This document shows positions 56,049-63,155 of a stretch of DNA of 64,000 nucleotides, one piece after another. Origin of the DNA: an uncultured Solirubrobacterales bacterium (GTDB taxonomy: Bacteria; Actinomycetota; Thermoleophilia; Solirubrobacterales; 70-9); NCBI GenBank assembly GCA_963815665.1, contig CAWFHN010000006.1:196365-260364 (forward strand), in the 5' to 3' direction. A program made the position numbers and the translations under genes. The stretch's first letter is position 1; each line of letters opens with the position of its first letter. Under the pieces are notes generated by a model. The model was not told the origin of the DNA. It saw only the letters and a program-made list of their open reading frames with translations, and did no database searches.

Positions 56049-56609
56049 ATGGCCAAGCTGATCTACACGGCGATCGCCTCCCTGGACGGCTACACGGAGG
56101 ACGCGGACGGCCGCTTCGATTGGGCCGCGCCCGCTGAGGACGTGCACGCCTTCATCAACGACCTCGAGCGCCCGGTCGGCACCTACCTCTACGGGCGGCG
56201 CATGTACGAGACGATGGCCCCGTGGGAAACCGATCAGACCCTGGCTGCCAAGTCGGAGCTGTTGCGGGACTTCGCTCAGATCTGGCAGGGGGCCGAGAAG
56301 GTCGTCTACTCCAGGACGCTGGAGGGGACGTCAACGGACCGGACTCGGATCGAGCGGGAGTTCGACCCGGAGGCGATTCGCAAATTGAAGGCGTCGGCGG
56401 GAAGCGACCTGGGCGTGGGCGGTCCCGAGCTCGCGGCGCACGCGTTCAGGGCGGGATTGGTCGACGAATGCCACCTGTTCCTGGCGCCGGTCGCCGTGGG
56501 AGGTGGCAAGAGAGCGCTTCCCGGCGACCTCCGCATCGACCTCGAGCTGCTGGACGAGCACCGCTTCGACAGCGGGATGGTCCACCTGCGGTACCGGGTC
56601 AGAACGTGA
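56049..56609 (+). CDS. dihydrofolate reductase-like (RibD C-terminal domain) protein, second paralog
   Basis: 186 aa (IASLDGY, YGRRMYETMAPWE, LGVGGPELAAHAFRAGLVDE). Confidence 0.85.
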   Translation: MAKLIYTAIASLDGYTEDADGRFDWAAPAEDVHAFINDLERPVGTYLYGRRMYETMAPWETDQTLAAKSELLRDFAQIWQGAEKVVYSRTLEGTSTDRTRIEREFDPEAIRKLKASAGSDLGVGGPELAAHAFRAGLVDECHLFLAPVAVGGGKRALPGDLRIDLELLDEHRFDSGMVHLRYRVRT

Positions 56610-56619
56610 AAAGGTGGAG

Positions 56620-57163
56620 CTAGCCGCCGAGGATCAGACAGGTGCTGGTTCCGGTGGCGAGCAGCTTGTCCGTCTCGGCGGAGGTGAGCTTGGCCTCCGC
56701 GGTCGCCGTCTTGCGGCCCTTGTGGATCACCACGGACTCGGCGCGGACGGCGCCGGTGTCCCGCGTGATCGCGCGCAGGTACTTCACCTCGAGCGTCTGG
56801 CTGGTGTAGCCGACGCCGGCGGCCAGGGTCGTGTGCACCGAGCAGCCGAGCGCGGAGTCGAGGATCGTCGACGCGTAGCCGCCGTGGACGACCCCGATCG
56901 GGTTGTAGTGCTCCTCGCCGGGCTCGCCGACGAAGACCGCCCTCCCCTCCTCGAGCAGCTCGAGTCGAGAAGTTCATGACCACGGCGATCGGGGGCGGCG
57001 GGATCTCGCCTGACTGGATCGCGCGGACGTAGTCGAGGCCGGCCATCCCCGCGCCAAGGGCCGCGCTCGCGACCGGGTCCTGCCAGGTGATGGTCCGGGT
57101 GCTGGTGGTCTCCGGCGAGGACTCGGCGTAGGACCGGGCCGCCTCGGTCGCTGGCGTGCTCAA
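56620..57163 (-). pseudogene. PaaI-family hotdog thioesterase, interrupted by a 1-nt frameshift near 56965
   Basis: The N-terminal frame gives ...GLDYVRAIQSGEIPPPPIAVVMNFS. After one extra base the next frame continues LELLEEGRAVFVGEPGEEHYNPIGVVHGGYASTILDSALGCSVHTTLAAG...TSTCLILGG. Confidence 0.8.
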
Positions 57164-57353
57164 GCCCGCCCCCTCATGAAACGGGTTGCGCCTCACGGCG
57201 CACCCTCGCATTACGGGCGCGCTTGCGCCCGCCGTTGTCGCGATCCTGGCGGACCGGATAGCGAAGGTCCTCGAGGATCTCCTCGGAGCTGATCCTGACC
57301 TGCTCTGGGTGGAACTCGAATCGGAGTGCTCTCATCTCGACTCCTCGATCGTC

Positions 57354-57413
57354 GGTTGCTTCACGCAACTACAACGTGGCCGACCCTACCAGCGTGAGTT
57401 GCGTGATGCAACC
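57354..57413. promoter_or_regulatory. pair of GTTGC-N5-GCAAC palindromes in the paaI / hxlR divergent region (operator candidate)
   Basis: GGTTGCTTCACGCAACT (57354..57370) and AGTTGCGTGATGCAACC (57397..57413) are reverse complements at 16 of 17 positions. Each arm is itself a small palindrome. Confidence 0.6.
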
Positions 57414-57434
57414 GAGTGTGCGAACATCACATTC

Positions 57435-57920
57435 ATGCTCGGAAACGAATACGAGGGCCAGATCTGCTCCATCGCGCGCAGCCTCGAGCTGATCGGCGAG
57501 CGCTGGACGCTCTTGGTGGTGCGGGAGATCTTCCACGGACGGCGGAAGTTCTCGGAGATGCAGCGCTCCCTCGGGGTCGCCCGGAACGTGCTCACGGCCC
57601 GCCTCCAGCGGATGGTCGACGAGGACATCATCGAGCGGCGTCCCTACAGCGAGCGGCCCGAGCGCTACGAGTACTTCCTGACGGAGAAGGGTCTCGACCT
57701 CTGGCCGGTGATGACCGCGCTGATGTTCTGGGGCGACAAGTACGAGCCCCTGCCGGACGGGCCACCCGTCCTGGTCGTCCACAAGGGCGAGTGCGGCGGC
57801 GAGATCGACGAACGCCGGATCTGCACGAAGTGCGGCAAGCCGCTGACGGTGCGCGAGACGCGCGCTGTCGACGGGCCCGGCATGAAGGCGGCCCTCGAGA
57901 GGGTCAAGGCCGCCGCCTAG
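57435..57920 (+). CDS. HxlR family transcriptional regulator with a Cys-containing C-terminal extension
   Basis: 161 aa from the ATG at 57435 (CSIARSLELIGERWTLLVVREIFHGRRKFSEMQRSLGVARNVLTARLQRMV...YEYFLTEKG). The C-terminal tail is CGGEIDERRICTKCG. Confidence 0.9.
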   Translation: MLGNEYEGQICSIARSLELIGERWTLLVVREIFHGRRKFSEMQRSLGVARNVLTARLQRMVDEDIIERRPYSERPERYEYFLTEKGLDLWPVMTALMFWGDKYEPLPDGPPVLVVHKGECGGEIDERRICTKCGKPLTVRETRAVDGPGMKAALERVKAAA

Positions 57921-57945
57921 CCCCTCTACCTACACTCCCCGCCCC

Positions 57946-59091
57946 GTGGACTTCGACCTGAGCGACGAGCAGCGGTTGCTGCGCGACACCGTCCGCGACT
58001 TCGCCCGGAACGAGGTCGCGCCGGTCGCCGAGGAGCTCGACCGCACCAAGGCCTTCCCCTATGAGCTGGTCGCCAAGATGGGCGAGCTCGGCCTGATGGG
58101 CATTCCCTTCCCCGAGCAGTACGGCGGCGGCGGGGCCGACACCCTCGCCTACGCGCTCGCGGTCGAGGAGCTGACCCGGATCGACTCCTCGGTGGCGATC
58201 ACGATGGCGGCCCACACCTCGCTCGGGACGATGCCGATCTACCTCTGGGGCACCGACGAGCAGAAGGATGACTGGCTGCCACAGCTCTGCAGCGGGGGGA
58301 AGCTCGCGGCCTTCGGGCTGACCGAGCCCGAGGCGGGCTCCGACGCCGGCAACACGCATACGCGCGCGGCTCTCGAAGGCGGTGAGTGGGTCGTCAACGG
58401 CTCCAAGCAGTTCATCACCAACTCGGGCACCGACATCTCGGGCTGCGTGACGATCACGGCGGTAACCGGCCAGGAGAACGGCAGCAAGGAGATCTCCAAC
58501 ATCATCGTCCCCAACGGGACCCCCGGCTTCGAGGCGGGCGAGCCCTACCGGAAGATGGGCTGGAACGCCTCGGACACCCGCCCGCTGACTTTCGACGACT
58601 GCCGCGTTCCGGATGGCAACCTCCTGGGGCCGCGCGGCGCCGGCTTCAAGCAGTTCCTGGCGATTCTCGACGGCGGCCGGATCGGCGTCGCGGCGATGGG
58701 CGTCGGGCTGGCGCAGGGCGCGCTCGACGAGGCCATCTCATACTCGAAGGAGCGCCAGGCCTTCGGGCAGCCGATCGGCAAGTTCCAGGCGATTCAGGCG
58801 AAGATCGCAGACCTCTCGGCCCAGATCGAGGCGGCCCGCCTGCTCGTCTACCGCGCGGCGATCCTCAAGGACCGGGGCGAGGCGTTCACGCTGACCGCCG
58901 CCCAGGCGAAGCTGATCACCGGCCGGCTCGCCGTCCGCGCGACCGAGGAGGCCGTGCAAATCCACGGCGGCTACGGCTGCATCGAGGAGTACCCGGTCTG
59001 CCGCTTCTATCGCGACGCGAAGATCCTCACCATCGGCGAGGGCACCGACGAGGTGCAGCAGATGGTGATCGCGAGGCAGCTCGGCGTCTAG
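57946..59091 (+). CDS. acyl-CoA dehydrogenase
   Basis: 381 aa with a GTG start and full-length ACAD similarity (GLTEPEAGSDAG, QIHGGYGCIEEYPVCRFYRDAKILTIGEGTDEVQ). Confidence 0.95.
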   Translation: MDFDLSDEQRLLRDTVRDFARNEVAPVAEELDRTKAFPYELVAKMGELGLMGIPFPEQYGGGGADTLAYALAVEELTRIDSSVAITMAAHTSLGTMPIYLWGTDEQKDDWLPQLCSGGKLAAFGLTEPEAGSDAGNTHTRAALEGGEWVVNGSKQFITNSGTDISGCVTITAVTGQENGSKEISNIIVPNGTPGFEAGEPYRKMGWNASDTRPLTFDDCRVPDGNLLGPRGAGFKQFLAILDGGRIGVAAMGVGLAQGALDEAISYSKERQAFGQPIGKFQAIQAKIADLSAQIEAARLLVYRAAILKDRGEAFTLTAAQAKLITGRLAVRATEEAVQIHGGYGCIEEYPVCRFYRDAKILTIGEGTDEVQQMVIARQLGV

Positions 59092-59267
59092 CGCCCACAG
59101 GCCCCGGTGCCACGCCTAAGGACGGCATCCGGAGGCGCTGCCGTCGGAGGAACTAGGTGCTTCGGAATATCCCATTCGCTAGGTGAATTGGATATTCGCG
59201 AGGCGGGTAATCGATTCCGAAGCGACTAGCTATTCCACGACAACCCGCCAGGCGGGACCCGATGGGT

Positions 59268-59702
59268 CTAGTCGTCGGCGGGCACCGCGGTGATCTCGTC
59301 CGAGTCCCGCTCGGCGACCTCGGCCGCCCTCCCGTACCCCTCGCGGATCCCCCAGTGGGCGCAGAGCTCGAGTTCCTGTAGCGCCGTCAGCGACTCGTTC
59401 GAGCGGAAGCGCGGCGCCTCGCGGACCCAGTCGCGCTCGTAGGCGGCCCAGAGGCGGCCGGCGCCCTCCGCGACGTGCTCGAACGGGATCGCCGTGCAGC
59501 CCGCAATCGGCCCGAGCCGGATCAGGGCCCAGCGGGGCTCCCCGTCCTCGGCGTCGACCTGGATCCCGGCGACCCGGCCGAGGGTCTTGTTCCCCAACCC
59601 GTCGATCTGCATGCCGCCCCACGCCAGCGCCTCCTCCAGGCTCGGCAGCGAGGCCCTGCTTCCGTCCTTGCCCTTGGTGGTCTCAGCCATCCTCGCGCTC
59701 AA
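59268..59702 (-). CDS. PRC-barrel domain protein
   Basis: 144 aa (LGNKTLGRVAGIQVDAEDGEPRWALIRLG...IPFEHV). The start overlaps the meaB 3' end. Confidence 0.55.
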   Translation of the reverse strand: MSARMAETTKGKDGSRASLPSLEEALAWGGMQIDGLGNKTLGRVAGIQVDAEDGEPRWALIRLGPIAGCTAIPFEHVAEGAGRLWAAYERDWVREAPRFRSNESLTALQELELCAHWGIREGYGRAAEVAERDSDEITAVPADD

Positions 59703-60636
59703 GCAGGTCCTGGGCCGCGCTGGCTGGGTCGATCTCCCGCTTGACGACGCGGTCGAGCAGCTCCTGAACCGATGTGTCGTCCGCGACGGCCGCCTCGAGG
59801 CGCCGCCGCATCCGAGCTGCCGCCAGCTCCAGCACCTCGTTGCGGAGGTTCCGGGCCCGCCTTTCCTCCAGCGTCCCCTCCGCCTCGATGTGCGCGCGAT
59901 GCTCGGAGATCTTCTCGGCGAGCTCCGCCACGCCCTCGCCCTTCGCGGCCTCCGTCTTGACGATCGGGACCCGCCATGAGGTCGACGGCCCGAGCGAGAG
60001 GACGCCGCGGATCTCGCGGATCATCGTGTCCGTCATCGGGTGATCGGCCTTGTTCACGCAGATCACGTCGGGGATCTCCATCACCCCCGCCTTCAGGGCC
60101 TGGATCGAATCGCCTGAGCCGGGCATCAGCACCAGCACGATCGTGTCGCCGTGGTCGACGATGTCGATCTCGGCCTGGCCGACGCCCACCGTCTCGATGA
60201 AGACGTCGTCCTTGCCGGAGGCGTCCATCAGCAGGGCCGCCTGGAGCGTGGCCTCGGAGAGACCGCCAAGGGCGCCGCGGCTGGCCATCGAGCGGATGAA
60301 GACGCCCGAGTCGAGGAAGTGGTCGGAGAGGCGAATGCGATCACCGAGCAGGGCGCCGCGGGTGAAGGGGCTCGAGGGGTCGATCGAGAGCACGGCGACC
60401 TGGCGGTCGGCCTTCCGCATCTCGGCGGTGAGGGCGCCGATCAATGTGCTCTTCCCCACCCCCGGCGGACCCGTCAGCCCAACAATCCGAGCCTTGCCCG
60501 TGCGCGGGAAGACCTCCCGAACCAACTCCCACCCGGCCGGATCGTCGTTCTCGATCAATGTGATGGCCCGGGCCAGCGCCCTCTTGTCGCCGGCAACGAG
60601 GCGGTCGGCCAGGCTCTCCTGAGTCTTGGGGGCCAC
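59683..60636 (-). CDS. meaB: methylmalonyl-CoA mutase-associated GTPase (ArgK/MeaB)
   Basis: 317 aa (GLTGPPGVGKSTL, ETVGVGQ, VNKAD). Confidence 0.93.
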   Translation of the reverse strand: MAPKTQESLADRLVAGDKRALARAITLIENDDPAGWELVREVFPRTGKARIVGLTGPPGVGKSTLIGALTAEMRKADRQVAVLSIDPSSPFTRGALLGDRIRLSDHFLDSGVFIRSMASRGALGGLSEATLQAALLMDASGKDDVFIETVGVGQAEIDIVDHGDTIVLVLMPGSGDSIQALKAGVMEIPDVICVNKADHPMTDTMIREIRGVLSLGPSTSWRVPIVKTEAAKGEGVAELAEKISEHRAHIEAEGTLEERRARNLRNEVLELAAARMRRRLEAAVADDTSVQELLDRVVKREIDPASAAQDLLEREDG

Positions 60637-60706
60637 GGCGGCCGAGTCTAGGCGCGCGGGCGGTCGTCGGGGGGCGCCCCATGAACCACGAACTTAGACT
60701 CCGCCC

Positions 60707-61336
60707 GTGCTCCGCGCCCTCCGGTTCTACCGCCGCAACGGCATGCTCAATCTCCGCTACGGGAGGTTGCTCTGGCGCTACACCTGGCGGCGGCTTTTTA
60801 CCCCCGCAGGCTGGCGGTGGGAAACCGACGGTCCTGTGTTCTTCGGGAAGAACCTCCAGTTGCAGATAGCGCGCGGCGCGACGATCAAGTTCGGGCGGTT
60901 CTCCTGGATCGGCGACGGGACCAAGATCCGCAGCCACGAGGGGGTCGTCGAGATCGGCGCCAAGACCGTCTGCGGGCAGGAATGCACGATCTCGTCGTAC
61001 AAGCGGGTGCGGATCGGCGAGCAGTGCGTGATCGCCGACCGGGCGATGTTCATCGACTTCGACCACGGGGTCGTGGAGGTCGAGCGCCCGATCCGCCAGC
61101 AGGGCATCTACACGCGCGAGTGCGTGGTCGGCTCCAACGTCTGGGTCGGCTACGGCGCCTGCGTGCTGCGCGGCGTCCGGGTCGGCGACAACGCGATCGT
61201 GGGCACCAACTCGGTCGTCACCAGGGATGTTCCCGCCAACGCCGTTGTCGGCGGCGTCCCGGCCAAGGTCATCCGCATGCGCGAGGCGCCCGAGTCGTTG
61301 CAGTGGCCGGACCCGGTCGAACCTACGCCCCAATAA
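60707..61336 (+). CDS. hexapeptide-repeat (LbH) acyl/acetyltransferase
   Basis: 209 aa with a GTG start (VGSNVWVGYGACVLRGVRVGDNAIVGTNSVVTRDVPANAVVGGVPAKVI). Confidence 0.85.
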   Translation: MLRALRFYRRNGMLNLRYGRLLWRYTWRRLFTPAGWRWETDGPVFFGKNLQLQIARGATIKFGRFSWIGDGTKIRSHEGVVEIGAKTVCGQECTISSYKRVRIGEQCVIADRAMFIDFDHGVVEVERPIRQQGIYTRECVVGSNVWVGYGACVLRGVRVGDNAIVGTNSVVTRDVPANAVVGGVPAKVIRMREAPESLQWPDPVEPTPQ

Positions 61337-61421
61337 TGCTGGTCTGCATATACTCGCTTCTGGGCACGGAGCCCGGGGTATGTCTCTGGCAATGAGGCCA
61401 GAGGGGACAGATCGGAGAGGC

Positions 61422-62900
61422 ATGAAGCGCACTCCACGGCGTCTGATCGGGATGTTCATCGTGCTTGTCGCGTTGGCGGCGCTCGTTCCGGCGTCCGCGC
61501 AGGCGCTGAGCTTCTCGCCCAATCCCACCGTCACCCCTGCCAGCTCCCAGGCCGGCGCGCACAGCAACGTCGCCATTCACATGGACTTCACGGGCGGCCA
61601 GGTCAAGAACCTGACGGTCGGGCTTCCGCCTGGATTGATCGGTGATCCGAACGCGACGCCGCTGTGCACCGTGGCCGAGCTCAACGGCGACAACTGCCCC
61701 GCCAACACCGAGGTCGGCAGCGTGACGGCGAACGCGACCGTCGCCGTCACCGTCGTGCCCGTGACCTTGAACGTCAACGGGACGCTCTACAACCTCGACC
61801 CCCAGCCGGGTGAGCCGGCACGCTTCGGGATCGTCCTCCGGCCTCTCAACCTCGGCGGGCTTGTCGGAAACGTCCTGCCGCCCGTCATCCTCCAGTCGGG
61901 CGTCCAGCTGAGGACGAGCGACTACGGCCTCAACACGGTGATCAAGAACATCCCCAACAAGACGTCGGGCTTCGACACGACCATCAATTCCCAGACGATC
62001 ACCCTCGACGGAATCGCGCCGGGGACCGGGAAGGCGTTCATGCGGAACCCGACCTCGTGCGGGGGCCACACCACCAACTTCTCCGCGGTCCCGTACAGCG
62101 GCGCATCGGACACCGCATCCGCGACCTTCAACACGACCGGCTGCGCTAATGAGGACTTCTCCCCCACCTTCACCTCGTCGGTCGGAGGGCCCGGTCAGAC
62201 CACCGTCGGCAATCCCACGACGGCCGCCACCTCGATCAACCAGGACACGGACGAGGCGGGTCTGGTCAAGGCGACCGTGCTCGTCCCGGGCGACCTGGCA
62301 CCGAACGTGAACCTGCTCGGCTTCAGGTGCCCGCCGGCGAACTTCCAGGCCGGCACCTGCCCGGCGACCTCGACCATGGGCACGGCGATCGCCGCCTCGC
62401 CGCTGCTCAGCCAGCCGCTGATCGGCAACGTCGAGCTGGTCGACAACGGCGGCCTGCTCCCGGACATCGGCCTGGACCTGCAGGGCCAGCTTCACCTGCT
62501 GCTGCGGGGAGCGTTGAACGCGGACAAGAGCGTGGTCTTCGACGGCCTGCCCGACATTCCGATCGCACGCTTCCAGCTCGCCTTCAGCAATCCGCCCGGG
62601 CTGCTGCTGGCGAACCGGGATCTCTGCGCACCACCCCCGCCCGTCTTCCACGCGGACTTCGTCGGCTACAACGGTGCGACGGCCTCGGTGGACTCGCCGG
62701 CGGTCGTCAATGGCTGTGGAGCCGGCACGAATGCAGCCAAGTGCAAGAAGCACAAGGTCAAGAAGAAGAAGGGGAAGAGGAAGCACAAGCACCGCGCGGC
62801 CACGTCGAAGAAACACAAGAAGCACAAGAAGCACAAGAAGAAGCACTCCTGCAAGAAGAAGCACAAGAAACACAAGAAGCACAAGAAGCACCGCCGGTAA
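61422..62900 (+). CDS. secreted Cys-rich hypothetical protein with a C-terminal Lys/His-rich polycationic tail
   Basis: 492 aa from the ATG at 61422 (RBS GGAGAGG). Signal peptide MKRTPRRLIGMFIVLVALAALVPASAQA. The last ~53 aa are KCKKHKVKKKKGKRKHKHRAATSKKHKKHKKHKKKHSCKKKHKKHKKHKKHRR. Confidence 0.8.
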   Translation: MKRTPRRLIGMFIVLVALAALVPASAQALSFSPNPTVTPASSQAGAHSNVAIHMDFTGGQVKNLTVGLPPGLIGDPNATPLCTVAELNGDNCPANTEVGSVTANATVAVTVVPVTLNVNGTLYNLDPQPGEPARFGIVLRPLNLGGLVGNVLPPVILQSGVQLRTSDYGLNTVIKNIPNKTSGFDTTINSQTITLDGIAPGTGKAFMRNPTSCGGHTTNFSAVPYSGASDTASATFNTTGCANEDFSPTFTSSVGGPGQTTVGNPTTAATSINQDTDEAGLVKATVLVPGDLAPNVNLLGFRCPPANFQAGTCPATSTMGTAIAASPLLSQPLIGNVELVDNGGLLPDIGLDLQGQLHLLLRGALNADKSVVFDGLPDIPIARFQLAFSNPPGLLLANRDLCAPPPPVFHADFVGYNGATASVDSPAVVNGCGAGTNAAKCKKHKVKKKKGKRKHKHRAATSKKHKKHKKHKKKHSCKKKHKKHKKHKKHRR

Positions 62901-62906
62901 CGCTTG

Positions 62907-63155
62907 CTATAGGCGCTTCCCGGTCGCAAAGAGGAGCACGCCGCCCCCCAGGGCGACGACGCCCGTGATCCAGAAGACCAGGCCGCCCGCGTTGATCGCG
63001 GCGGCGATCAGGGCGATGCCCACCACGACGAGGGGCAGGCCGAACGAGATCGGCACGCTGACGTTGAGGCCGGGGCCGAAGTCGGGCGCCTTCCGCTTGG
63101 GCCGCGCCTCGCGCGAGGGATAGACCTCGCGCCTGCCGTCAGGCAGCCGGGTCAC
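62907..63155 (-). CDS. small two-TM membrane protein
   Basis: 82 aa (VPISFGLPLVVVGIALIAAAI, LVFWITGVVALGGGVLLFA). Overlaps the upstream GT4 gene end by 17 nt. Confidence 0.55.
   Translation of the reverse strand: MTRLPDGRREVYPSREARPKRKAPDFGPGLNVSVPISFGLPLVVVGIALIAAAINAGGLVFWITGVVALGGGVLLFATGKRL

Noticed and set aside
57174-57368. 64-aa minus-strand ORF upstream of paaI
   Set aside because: Third-position GC is clearly lower than in the surrounding genes. It overlaps the HxlR operator-like dyads and has no recognisable motif. I did not call it as a gene.
62666-62929. Minus-strand ORF encoding FLCFLCFLCFF...
   Set aside because: It is the antisense reading of the AAG/CAC repeat that encodes the Lys/His tail. 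The plus-strand gene has a signal peptide, an RBS and a long coherent frame.
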